NCBI RefSeq assembly: GCF_988242995.1
Contig: NZ_OZ547043.1
Strand: one strand, 5' to 3'
Length of the DNA stretch: 64,000 nucleotides
In this document: in pieces, positions 10,189 to 20,244 of the stretch
Numbering within the stretch: position 1 is the first letter of the stretch
How the letters are laid out: each line of letters starts with the position of its first letter
Position numbers and translations under genes: made by a program
The notes under the pieces: model-generated
Seen by the model: the letters and a program-made list of their open reading frames with translations, nothing else
The model's database searches: none
Told to the model about the DNA's origin: nothing

Positions 10189-13100
10189 TTACACCTTTTC
10201 CACATTCACAAGGAAGGACTTAAACTCCGGCGTCTGCGTGTTCGCATCACCAACGAATGGCGTTAACGTATTGGCAATAAAGCCTTTTTTCGCAACACCT
10301 TCATAGCCCCAGTGAATCGGAATACCGATGGTATCGATATCTTTGCCGTTCGCTTTCAGCGTGCGAATACGTTTGGTCACCACCGCTTTGGCTTTGATAT
10401 AGCCACGGTTGGAGGAGACTTTCACTGTATCGCCCTGGGCAATGCCAAGTTTATTCGCCAGCGACTCACCGATTTCCACAAACTGCTCTGGTTGCAAAAT
10501 CGCGTTCAACAGCGCGTGTTTGGTCCAGTAGTGGAAGTGCTCGGTCAGACGATAGGTGGTTCCGACATACGGGAACTTATCGGCTTTACCCAATGCTTCG
10601 GCGTCGTCTTTAAAGATACGTGCAGCCGGGTTCGAGATAACGTTTGGATGCAGCGGGTTAGTTCCCAGCGGCGTTTCAAACGGCTCGTAGTGTTCCGGGA
10701 ACGGACCTTCCGCCATCTTATCGAGGGCAAACAGACGCCCCATGCCTTCCTGCTGCATGATAAACGGCCCGACGCCACTGCCCGGAGGCGCTGCGCTGTA
10801 GTCCGGAATATCCCAGCCGGTCCACTTAGTGCCGTCCCATTTCAGCAACTGACGCTTCGGATCCCACGGGTTACCCTGCGGATCTGCGGAGGCGCGGTTA
10901 TACAGAATGCGGCGGTTAAGCGGCCATGCCCATGCCCAGCCCTGCGTGTTACCGAGGCCAGACGGATCGGCGTTATCACGACGCGCCATCTGGTTGCCTT
11001 CCGGCGTCCAGCTACCGGCGAAAATCCAGCAGCCACAGGAGGTTGTACCGTCATCGCGCAGTTGAGCGAACGAGCTAAGTTGTTGGCCTTTCTTGACGAT
11101 AACCGCACCGGTTGCCGGATCGGTAATATCGGCCAGCGCCTTACCGTTGCTCTCCATCGCCACTTCTTCCGACTTCGGCTCATGCGGAATGGCGTAGTTC
11201 CAGGTCATGTTCAGCACCTGATCCGGGTTTGCGCCACCCTGTTCGGCATACATCTTGCGCAAGCGCAGGAAGATACCGGAGAGGATCTCGCCGTCAGTCA
11301 GCGCAATCCCAGGGGCGTCCGCACCTTTCCAGTGCCACTGCAACCAGCGACCTGAGTTAACGATTGAACCGTTCTCTTCCGCGAAGCAGGTCGATGGCAG
11401 ACGGAACACTTCGGTCTGGATCTTCGACGAGTCAACTTCGTTCAGCTCACCGTGGTTCTGCCAGAAGTTAGAGGTTTCAGTGTTCAGCGGGTCGATGGTG
11501 ACGAGGAACTTCAGTTTCGACAGACAACCGATCACTTTGTTTTTGTTCGGGAATGAGGCAACAGGGTTAAAGCCCTGGCAGATATAGCCATTGACCTTGC
11601 CTTCTTTCATCATCTCGAAGTATTGCAGGACGTCGTAGCCTTTATCCCACTTCGGCAACCAGTCAAAGCCCCAGCTATTTTCCGCCGTCGCTTTATCACC
11701 AAAGAAGGCCTTCATCATAGAGACGAAGAATTTCGGGTAGTTGCCCCAGTAGTTTACCTGGCCTTCCAGCAGCGGTTTTGGTGTGTTGGCGGTAAGGTAG
11801 GTTTGCAGATCGGTCTGCTTCTCGCTTGGCAGCGTCATGTAACCTGGCAGGCTCTGCGACAGCAGCCCCAGGTCCGTCAGCCCCTGAATATTGGAGTGAC
11901 CGCGCAGGGCGTTAACGCCGCCGCCGGCCATCCCCATATTGCCGAGCAGCAGCTGGATCATCGCCATCGTACGAATGTTTTGCGCACCAACGGAGTGCTG
12001 CGTCCAGCCTAGGGCATACAGGAACGAGGCAGTTTTATCGTGAGCACTGGTTTCGGCGATGTATTCGCAGACTTTCAGGAACGCGTCTTTTGGCGTACCA
12101 CAGATGTTTTCAACCACATCTGGCGTGTAGCGGGAAACGTGCTGTTTCAGCAAGTTCCACACGCAGCGCGGATGTTGCAGCGTGGTATCGCGTTTGGCGA
12201 AGCCGTTTTCGTCCAGTTCATAAGTCCAGGAGGATTTATCGTACTTGCGTTTTTCCGCGTCGTAGCCGGTGAACAGGCCATCTTCAAAGCCGTAATCCTC
12301 ACGCACGATCAGGCTGGCGTTGGTATAGGCTTCGGTGTATTCGCGGTTGAATTTTTCATTGTTCAGCAGGTACAGCAATACGCCTGACAGGAAAGCAATG
12401 TCAGTACCGGAACGAATAGGGGCATAGTAGTCAGCCACCGCAGCCGTACGCGTAAAGCGAGGATCGATCACAATCAGCTTCGCGCCATTGTGAATTTTGG
12501 CTTCCATCGCCCAGCGGAACCCGACCGGGTGAGCTTCAGCGGCGTTACCGCCCATCACCACGACGAGGTTGGCGTTCTTGATGTCGACCCAGTGGTTGGT
12601 CATCGCACCGCGACCAAATGTTGGAGCAAGACTTGCTACCGTTGGTCCGTGTCAGACACGCGCCTGGTTGTCGACCGCGAGCATACCCAGCGCGCGGGAG
12701 AATTTTTGCGTTAAATAGCCGGTTTCGTTACTCGACGCGGAAGCACACAGCATCCCGGTGGAGAGCCAGCGGTTAACGGTCACGCCTTCGGCGTTTTGCG
12801 CAATGTAGTTAGCATCGCGGTCTTCTTTCATCAGTTTGGCGATGCGATCAAACGCCTCTTCCCAACTGATTTGCTGCCATTTATCAGAACCTGGCGCACG
12901 GTATTCCGGAAACTTCAGACGGCTTTCGGAGTGGATGAAATCCACCAGGCCAGCGCCTTTCGGACAAAGTGCACCGCGGTTGACCGGGTGATCCGGATCG
13001 CCTTCGATATGGAAGATAGATGCTTTGGCGTTTTTTGCTCCGTCACCGAGGCTGTACATCAACAGCCCACAGCCTACGGAACAATAGGTGCAGGTATTAC

Positions 13101-13239
13101 GGGTTTCGCGGGTGCGCAGCAGTTTATACTGCCGGGTTTCCGCGAGTGCTACGCTGGGTGCAAAACCCAGTGCCGCTGCCGTGGTGCCTGCCATACCGCC
13201 AGCGCAGATCTTAAAGAACTGCCTTCTGCTGACCTGCAT
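10189..13239 (-). CDS. fdoG: formate dehydrogenase-O major subunit, selenocysteine-containing molybdoenzyme; one CDS read through an in-frame UGA
   Basis: ORFs 12652..13239 and 10189..12603 are in the same frame, separated only by TGA at complement 12652..12654 (context ..ARV-U-HGPTVASLAPTFGRG..); N-terminal twin-arginine signal RRQFFK. Confidence 0.95.
12608..12654 (-). other. selenocysteine recoding site: UGA (complement 12652..12654) plus putative SECIS hairpin just 3' of it
   Basis: in-frame TGA in fdoG; downstream mRNA GGACCAACGGUAGCAAGUCUUGCUCCAACAUUUGGUC can form a stem-loop; by analogy with fdhF/fdnG. Confidence 0.7.
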
Positions 13240-13432
13240 GGATTGCTCCTTGTTTCGACATTGTCACGTCCCATTTACATTCGCTTGCTGCGTGTGCAGG
13301 GAGTGGGAGTTATTTTTCTTTGCGGAAGGGGCCGCAAAGGTCCAGAATTGGCTCAATTTCCCTCCATCCAGGAAGGGTTTGTAACAGAATACCATAATGT
13401 TGGTGTGTGTGTTCTTATCTGGTTAAGAGAAA
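13240..13432. promoter_or_regulatory. divergent promoter region between fdoG and fdhD
   Basis: 193-bp intergenic region between divergently transcribed genes; individual sites not resolved. Confidence 0.5.
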
Positions 13433-14266
13433 GTGAAAAAAACACAGCAAAAAGAAATCGAAAATGTGACAAGTGTCACAGGTGTTCGTCAAATTGAGTT
13501 ATGGCGGCGTGATGATTTACAACACCCACGGTTAGATGAGGTGGCGGAAGAGGTTCCCGTTGCGCTGGTCTACAACGGCATTTCGCATGTGGTGATGATG
13601 GCGTCGCCCAAAGACCTTGAGTACTTTGCGCTCGGTTTTTCGCTTTCCGAGGGGATAATAGAAAGTCCGCGCGATATCTTCGGCATGGATGTCGTTCCTT
13701 CCTGTAATGGTCTTGAAGTGCAAATTGAGCTTTCCAGCCGCCGCTTTATGGGGTTGAAGGAGCGCCGCCGGGCGCTGGCGGGACGTACGGGCTGTGGCGT
13801 ATGCGGCGTGGAGCAACTTAATGACATCGGAAAACCGGTGCAGCCGCTACCGTTCACCCAGACGTTTGATCTCAACAAACTGGATGATGCATTACGTCAT
13901 CTCAACGATTTTCAGCCAGTGGGGCAACTGACTGGTTGTACTCACGCCGCTGTCTGGATGTTGCCATCTGGCGAACTGGTCGGCGGGCATGAAGACGTGG
14001 GTCGCCATGTGGCGCTGGACAAACTGTTAGGCCGCCGGTCACAAGAAGGGGAAAGCTGGCAGCAAGGTGCGGTACTGGTTTCCAGTCGTGCCAGTTATGA
14101 AATGGTGCAAAAGTCGGCGATGTGCGGCGTAGAGATTTTGTTTGCGGTGTCTGCCGCGACCACGCTTGCTGTAGAAGTGGCTGAACGCTGTAATTTGACG
14201 CTGGTGGGCTTTTGTAAACCGGGTCGGGCAACGGTTTATACCCATCCGCAGCGTTTGAGCAATTAA
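13433..14266 (+). CDS. fdhD: sulfurtransferase FdhD (formate dehydrogenase accessory protein)
   Basis: 277-aa ORF divergent from the fdo operon, as in K-12. Confidence 0.95.
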   Translation: MKKTQQKEIENVTSVTGVRQIELWRRDDLQHPRLDEVAEEVPVALVYNGISHVVMMASPKDLEYFALGFSLSEGIIESPRDIFGMDVVPSCNGLEVQIELSSRRFMGLKERRRALAGRTGCGVCGVEQLNDIGKPVQPLPFTQTFDLNKLDDALRHLNDFQPVGQLTGCTHAAVWMLPSGELVGGHEDVGRHVALDKLLGRRSQEGESWQQGAVLVSSRASYEMVQKSAMCGVEILFAVSAATTLAVEVAERCNLTLVGFCKPGRATVYTHPQRLSN

Positions 14267-14273
14267 TTAAAAT

Positions 14274-14312
14274 AAGTCCTGCGATATATATTAAATTGCA
14301 GGACTTATTCAT
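14274..14312. terminator. rho-independent terminator after fdhD
   Basis: AAGTCCTGC ... GCAGGACTT inverted repeat followed by a T-rich run. Confidence 0.6.
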
Positions 14313-14315
14313 TTC

Positions 14316-14996
14316 GTGAATTTTATTATTTTATTTATAAACAAAACGCGTGTAGTGGTGTTAACGCCTGCGCTGCAACCTATTGATGGCGTGGCGGTAA
14401 GTTATATTGATACTGCCGTGGCGTTGGGTAATACCATTAACGAAATGGATAAATATTACACCCAGGAAAATTATAAAGACGATGCGTTTGCGAAAGGGAA
14501 AACGCTGCACCAGACATTCTTAAAAAATATTGAAGCCTTTGAACCTGTAGCAGAATCTTATCATGCGGCGATTCAGGAAATTAACGATAAGCGCCAGCTT
14601 GCGGAACTGAAAAATATTGAACAAAGAGAAGGGAAAACATTCCACTACTACTCTCTGGCAGTCATGATTTCAGCGAAACAAATTAATAACCTGATTTCGC
14701 AAGAGAAGTTTGATGTTGATGCGGCAATGAAGAAAGTCTCTGAACTGGAAACGCTGGTGGCGCAGGCCAAAGAAGCGGATAAAGGCGGTATGAATTTCTC
14801 GTTCATTAATTCGGCAGACCAGTATCAACTCGAGGCTAAAAAATATGTTCGCCGCATCAGAGATAAAGTCCTGTACTCTGACTGGGATAAAGAGCAACTT
14901 CAGGACGCAAACACAAGCTGGATGGTCGACGACTCATTTCCGCGAGCGTTACGCGAGTACAACGAAATGGTCGATGACTATAATAGCCTGCGTTAA
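14316..14996 (+). CDS. yiiG: YiiG-family protein (DUF3829); possibly 5'-shortened compared with the ~351-aa K-12 form as I remember it
   Basis: 226-aa ORF with a GTG start right after the fdhD terminator; in-frame stop at 14292..14294 rules out an upstream extension. Confidence 0.7.
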   Translation: MNFIILFINKTRVVVLTPALQPIDGVAVSYIDTAVALGNTINEMDKYYTQENYKDDAFAKGKTLHQTFLKNIEAFEPVAESYHAAIQEINDKRQLAELKNIEQREGKTFHYYSLAVMISAKQINNLISQEKFDVDAAMKKVSELETLVAQAKEADKGGMNFSFINSADQYQLEAKKYVRRIRDKVLYSDWDKEQLQDANTSWMVDDSFPRALREYNEMVDDYNSLR

Positions 14997-15023
14997 ATGT
15001 TTTTGATTTTGGTGATAAATGCA

Positions 15024-15048
15024 GTGTCGGATGCGGCGCATCCGACAC
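15024..15048. repeat. REP-like palindrome between yiiG and frvR
   Basis: GTGTCGGATGCGGCGCATCCGACAC perfect palindrome with the CGGATGCGGCG core. Confidence 0.45.
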
Positions 15049-15051
15049 AGT

Positions 15052-16800
15052 TCACCCCTTGTGAAGTAACTCCATAAATGCCTCATATCCTGTTAACCCG
15101 GCAATAACCTCTGCCGGATGCTGACACAATACGCTTGCCAGATAGCTAAATATTTTTAGCTCATGACGCGCATCGGCGGCGGCACAGGCGATCAGTACAT
15201 GGTTAACGACTTCGTTATTCACCTCAACCGGTTGGGCGAGGGTAATAAAAAATCCACGAAAACGTCGCTCCTGTTCGCTCCAGCAATGGGGGATGGCGAG
15301 GCGATTAACAATCAGGTTTTCACCTTCGCCTTCGCGGGCGATGATCCGTTGTACTTCATCGGCGGTAATGTGGTGTTGCGTTACTGATTGCGCACATATT
15401 TGCCGGGTAATATGTTGCCAGCTTTCACCGCGTACATTCGAATAATGAAAACTTCCGGGGGCAGAGAAAAAACGCTCCGGCTGCTGGCGAATAAATGCCG
15501 TCGCCAGAAAATGTTTTATTTGTTCGATACCGGCAGCCGTAATGATATTTTTTACGGTGATGTAATTATTTACCGCGTCATCCAGTAAATAATGGCTGTT
15601 GTTAATGATCAATAACGGCTCAATTTCTTCGCGAATGGCAACCAGTTCGCTTACGCTGCGGGCAATAATCACCCGACAATTCAGGACGTCGCGCTCAATG
15701 GCGAGCTGATTAATGGTGGCAATCGCGTTCTGATCAGATAGCAAAATGATCGGCTGGCGTTCGTTTTGATGCCGTTCCAGCGCACAGGCAAAATACAAAC
15801 CGATCAGATCGCTGTCGAAAAGGGGAATATCGAGTTGTTCACGCAGTAGCGTAATAAAGTGCAGACTCATATCAAAGGCCGCAGGCCAGGCGGCTTTCAG
15901 GTTATTCATGCTGCTTTGGCGGTGCTCACCAATCCACACCGGCGCGGCAAGGCAACGTAATAAATGCCCGGTAATATTCTCAACCAGTTGCGTATCAATA
16001 ATATTCAATGACGCAATGCCCGGCACCCTTTGCAGCAATGCCAGCACATTATCGACACAAATAACCTGCGCCTGTTGATGCTGTTTTTCTATCAACCCCG
16101 TCAACGTTCTTACAGCGTTATCACCAAGAAACAGGCCGCTATATTCAACGATCTGTTTTATCTCGCTACCGGGATATTGCGGCCACTCATCGGTCAGTTG
16201 ATTACGCAGGGCGTAAATCGCCAGAATCAGGCTGGAGAGATAATCACCCTGCATCAGCGGCCAGCGGTGTTGGTTGTCGCAGACCGTGGATAATTGCTGA
16301 AGGTTGTCTCGTGTTACGCCCGCCAGAGGAATTAAAAACGGATCTTTGCGCAGCAAGTTCGCCAGCAATATAACGCGTTTCTCTTCTGTCTCATCAATGA
16401 AATGGCCCAAACCGGGGCGACTGGCCAGGCAGCAAGTACGTTCATAACGCTGTTTCAGGCGGGGCAGACGCTCTGCTACCCACGTTTCTGGCAAATTAAG
16501 CGCCGAGGCGAGTTGCGCACGGGGAGTAAAGGTATTCAGTAATAATAGCGCCAGCAGCCGATCGTCGTTATCGTGCTTTTGCAGCAACTGAAAAAAGCTG
16601 CGGCGTTCGAAGATTTCCAACTGATAGCCCGCGTTACCACTGGCGGAAATGCGGGCTTTGCCGTTAAGGGTAAAGTTGAGATAGTCAATATCACGCAGGA
16701 TGGTCCTGCCTGAAACGCCAGTCTGTTGCGCCAGCTCGCCAGGCGTGCGCGGCTGTTGCTCAAGGAGATCGACAATCTTTAACTGGCGTTCGTTTAGCAT
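15052..16800 (-). CDS. frvR: frv operon transcriptional regulator
   Basis: 582-aa ORF; N-terminal HTH; conserved position. Confidence 0.9.
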   Translation of the reverse strand: MLNERQLKIVDLLEQQPRTPGELAQQTGVSGRTILRDIDYLNFTLNGKARISASGNAGYQLEIFERRSFFQLLQKHDNDDRLLALLLLNTFTPRAQLASALNLPETWVAERLPRLKQRYERTCCLASRPGLGHFIDETEEKRVILLANLLRKDPFLIPLAGVTRDNLQQLSTVCDNQHRWPLMQGDYLSSLILAIYALRNQLTDEWPQYPGSEIKQIVEYSGLFLGDNAVRTLTGLIEKQHQQAQVICVDNVLALLQRVPGIASLNIIDTQLVENITGHLLRCLAAPVWIGEHRQSSMNNLKAAWPAAFDMSLHFITLLREQLDIPLFDSDLIGLYFACALERHQNERQPIILLSDQNAIATINQLAIERDVLNCRVIIARSVSELVAIREEIEPLLIINNSHYLLDDAVNNYITVKNIITAAGIEQIKHFLATAFIRQQPERFFSAPGSFHYSNVRGESWQHITRQICAQSVTQHHITADEVQRIIAREGEGENLIVNRLAIPHCWSEQERRFRGFFITLAQPVEVNNEVVNHVLIACAAADARHELKIFSYLASVLCQHPAEVIAGLTGYEAFMELLHKG

Positions 16801-17870
16801 TAATCCACCTGACGGAACTGGCTAAACGCGTTGACTTTCTCTGCGGTTAAGGTGGTCAGAAAATCCCGTATCAACGTGAGCAGAGCATCGTAATCGGCTG
16901 TTGAAATCATGCCGCTGTTGGCGTGCAGATAACGAGTTGGCAAACACAGCGCGACAACCGGACGCCCGCCGCCCATCACGTTGTAGCGCCCGCCATCCGT
17001 CGCACCGGTTTTCATAGTGGAAAATTGCAGCGGTAAATCATTCTGCGTGGCACAGCTTTTTAACGCTGCTACCAGTTTCTGGTTGGGGAAGTAGCGCTTG
17101 TCAAACAGCATCAGCCCCGGCCCGTTGCCCAGTTTCAGCGGGTATTTAATGTTATCAATGCCTGGAACATCGCCCGCGACAGCGGTATCCAGCACGATCA
17201 CCACATCCGGTTTAATGTGTTCAGCCGAGGTTTGCGCCCCGCGTAGCCCAACTTCTTCTTCCACACTGCCAACGCCATACAGCGTAATTTCGGGGTTATT
17301 CACCGTCTGCAATAGCTCAGCCATCATTGCGCAGCCGATGCGATTATCCAGCGCCTTGCCGACCACTTTATCTTCGCCCCAGCAGGCAAAATTGGCTTCC
17401 GGGCTAATAAAATTGCCAATTTCCACGCCGCGTTTTTCCACCTCTTCGCGACTGTACGCGCCAATATCAATGAACATCTCATCAAATGACAGCGGTTGTT
17501 GCTTTTGCTTTTCGGTTAACGCATGAGGCGCGACGGAACCAATCACACCAGGGATTTTAAATCCCTTGTGTGTGCGTATGGTTACCCGGTGGTTGAGCAT
17601 CGACTGATTCCACCAGCCGCCAATGGTGGTAAAGCGCAGAAAACCGCTCTCGTCGATATGGGTGACCATAAAGCCGACTTCATCCATATGCCCGACAACG
17701 GCAACTTTTGGACCTTTATTCCCCTTGCGGGCAACAAAGCTGCCCAGACCATCAAAGGTGATTTCATTTACGCAAGGTTCCAGCGTGTTTATCAGGATGT
17801 CGCGAACTTCCTGTTCATCGCCGCTGACGGCGCTGGCTTCGCACAACTGTTGCAGTAACTCAATGTTCAT
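16800..17870 (-). CDS. frvX: M42-family aminopeptidase/cellulase-like protein FrvX
   Basis: ORF 16800..17876; internal start MNIELLQQL gives ~356 aa. Confidence 0.9.
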   Translation of the reverse strand: MNIELLQQLCEASAVSGDEQEVRDILINTLEPCVNEITFDGLGSFVARKGNKGPKVAVVGHMDEVGFMVTHIDESGFLRFTTIGGWWNQSMLNHRVTIRTHKGFKIPGVIGSVAPHALTEKQKQQPLSFDEMFIDIGAYSREEVEKRGVEIGNFISPEANFACWGEDKVVGKALDNRIGCAMMAELLQTVNNPEITLYGVGSVEEEVGLRGAQTSAEHIKPDVVIVLDTAVAGDVPGIDNIKYPLKLGNGPGLMLFDKRYFPNQKLVAALKSCATQNDLPLQFSTMKTGATDGGRYNVMGGGRPVVALCLPTRYLHANSGMISTADYDALLTLIRDFLTTLTAEKVNAFSQFRQVD

Positions 17871-19311
17871 GGACAAGCTCCTGTTGCGCAGCTTTGGCTT
17901 TGCGGCGTAACCATAATCCTTTCAGGACGATAATGAATGAAATGTTCAGCGCGAGGCCAATCGCCAGCACCAGATAAAACGAACCTACCGGCGACATCAG
18001 GCCGATCAGCGGGTCAAAGATACCTAAACCTGGCGCCAGACGTTTGATTCCGAAAGCGATCACCAGCACGCCAGTAATGCCGCCCGCCAGCGTATTGGCG
18101 GTAATCATTGGCAGTGGTGCCGCCAGAGCGTAAGGAATAGCCGGTTCGGTCGCGACTGTGGCACCGACCACAATGGCGCTACTGGCGGCTTCTTTTTCCT
18201 GTTGAGTAAACAGCTTGGGCGCAATGAACGTCGCAAGACCCGCCGCGACAGGCGGCATCAGCGCGACAACGCCGACGATGGCGTACCAGTCGTAAATGTG
18301 TTTTTCCAGCAGTGAGAAGCAGAAGAACCAGGCGGTTTTATTGATAGGGCCGCCCATATCGAACGCCAGCATTGCACCGACCAGAAACGCCGCCGCAAAC
18401 TTCATTGACGGAGGAATGGTGTTCAGGAAGTGCAGCAACCCGCCCATGAGGTCGGACATCACCGGTCCGATAACGTAGTAAGTCAGTACGCCAAAAACCA
18501 GCAGAGTAACGAACGGGATCAGCATGGAACCGAGCAGCGGTTGTAATGCTTTGCCAAGGCGCACTTTACGGAACCAGAAGACGAAATAGCCAATCGCCAG
18601 CCCAAGCACCACCGCACCGAGGAAGCCCGCGCCAGACTGGGTGCCGAGCAGGGCTTTGTCGTTCGCCAGATAGCAAACCAGAAACGCCGGAGCGAAAGCG
18701 GGTTTATCGGCAATCGACGAGGCAATATAAGCGCCCATGATGGGGATCATAAAGGTGAAGCCGAGATAACCGATGGATTCAACCACCCAGGTAAACGACG
18801 GCGCGCCTTTCGACATATCGGTATACGGCAAACCGAACTGCACCAGCATGTTGGCAAGCGCCACCAGAATACCGCCACCGATGACAAACGGCAGCGCCGC
18901 AGAGACGCCCGCCATCAGGTGGCTCATTACGCTGCCACTTTGCACTTCCTGTTTGCCGAGCTTCACGCCGCTATCTGCGGCAAAAAATTGTGAGTTTGTC
19001 GGTAATTCACTGAAAATATGGTCGATATTTTTCAGCGCCTGGGAGATGGCAATCTCATAAACCTTTTTCCCGGCAAATCGCGCGCGATCATCACCGCTCA
19101 GGCCACGCCCGGTAGCGAGAATCACGTAATCGGCAGCGGCAATCTCTTCGCTGGATAAGCGGTTTTCGATGCCGCTTGATCCTTGAGTTTCAACTTTAAT
19201 GGTATGACCGAGAGAACGGGCTTTCTGTTCCAGGGCTTCCGCCACCATGTAGGTGTGAGCGATCCCGGCGGGGCAGTTGGTGATCGCGACAATACGTAAG
19301 GATGACTCCAT
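17860..19311 (-). CDS. frvB: PTS fructose-like EIIBC component
   Basis: ORF 17860..19317; N-terminal IIB domain (CPAGIAHTYM) followed by a polytopic IIC domain. Confidence 0.9.
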   Translation of the reverse strand: MESSLRIVAITNCPAGIAHTYMVAEALEQKARSLGHTIKVETQGSSGIENRLSSEEIAAADYVILATGRGLSGDDRARFAGKKVYEIAISQALKNIDHIFSELPTNSQFFAADSGVKLGKQEVQSGSVMSHLMAGVSAALPFVIGGGILVALANMLVQFGLPYTDMSKGAPSFTWVVESIGYLGFTFMIPIMGAYIASSIADKPAFAPAFLVCYLANDKALLGTQSGAGFLGAVVLGLAIGYFVFWFRKVRLGKALQPLLGSMLIPFVTLLVFGVLTYYVIGPVMSDLMGGLLHFLNTIPPSMKFAAAFLVGAMLAFDMGGPINKTAWFFCFSLLEKHIYDWYAIVGVVALMPPVAAGLATFIAPKLFTQQEKEAASSAIVVGATVATEPAIPYALAAPLPMITANTLAGGITGVLVIAFGIKRLAPGLGIFDPLIGLMSPVGSFYLVLAIGLALNISFIIVLKGLWLRRKAKAAQQELVHEH

Positions 19312-19321
19312 CGCCACGTCC

Positions 19322-19768
19322 TTATGAGCTGAGGGTTTGATTTAACAAAGCAAGCACCTGGTCGGCGTCGCCCTGTCGCAGTTGGTTGATAAAATCCTGG
19401 TGGATAATTTTGCGACACAGTGTGCCGATGATTTTGACCTGATCCTCTTCGCCACTTTGCGGCACGCCGAGGCAGATCCAGCAATTGACGTCTTCGCCGT
19501 CGCTGGCTTTCCAGTCAATGGCCTGCGCTTTGCGGGCGAATAACACGAACGGTTGTTTAACGCAGGCGCTTTTACCGTGCGGCACGGCGATGCCGGAACC
19601 AAAACCGGTGGAGTGCATTTTTTCGCGCAGCAGCAGAGTTTGCAGGAACTGGTGTGAGTCGGTGATAAAACCGTTTTGTAACGCCATTGTCGCCAACTGC
19701 TTCAGAACGGAATAAGTGCCATTGCCCTGAATATTCAGGTCAATACAGCTTGCAGTAAGTGCTGCCAT
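19322..19768 (-). CDS. frvA: PTS fructose-like EIIA component
   Basis: ORF 19322..19897; the internal Met (MAALTAS...) gives 148 aa; EIIA(Fru)-like. Confidence 0.9.
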   Translation of the reverse strand: MAALTASCIDLNIQGNGTYSVLKQLATMALQNGFITDSHQFLQTLLLREKMHSTGFGSGIAVPHGKSACVKQPFVLFARKAQAIDWKASDGEDVNCWICLGVPQSGEEDQVKIIGTLCRKIIHQDFINQLRQGDADQVLALLNQTLSS

Positions 19769-20244
19769 TATTGGATTCCATGAAAAAATATTATAGTTAA
19801 TTGTAACGGCGGGGCGGTTTTGTGATGAGCGCGGATATGTCGTGAAGTCGTGACAATATAAGGCAGAGTGAAGGATAAATTTTGCGGTGTAAGGCACATA
19901 TTGATGGGCAAAATAAATGCAGTGAATAAAAAATCATTATTTAATGATGTTGTGAATGTTTAACTGCCGCACATGTTTTGCAGCAAGGTTATTTATATTT
20001 GTGGCTTATGAGTCAGCGTGAATTATATCTAATATTTTTTACGATATTTAGTTAAAAACGGCACTATTGTTATATTCCTCACGTTCCAGGAAATCAGCGG
20101 ATTTACTCATATTATGCAGCGGGATACTATCCATCGGCCTGCTGAAGTTGGATTAAAAATTCGAAAGTGCACACCTTATATTTCTCTATATACGTATTCC
20201 TTTTGGAAAGCGTAGGGTCTCTTTTATTTCAGGGAACGTAAATA

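Noticed and set aside
10312-11355. 347-aa ORF on the plus strand inside fdoG
   Set aside because: Antisense to a well-supported, conserved coding region; Arg/Gly/Pro-rich, low-complexity composition typical of reverse-frame artefacts in GC-rich genes; no RBS.
12652-12654. The TGA splitting fdoG could be read as a nonsense mutation or pseudogene
   Set aside because: Exact position and peptide context match the conserved selenocysteine codon of formate dehydrogenases; reading frame is intact on both sides.
12796-13497. 233-aa plus-strand ORF spanning the fdoG N-terminus and the fdoG-fdhD promoter
   Set aside because: Overlaps fdoG on the opposite strand and the start of fdhD in another frame; antisense artefact.
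13902-14312. 136-aa minus-strand ORF overlapping fdhD and its terminator
   Set aside because: Antisense to fdhD and runs through the terminator hairpin.
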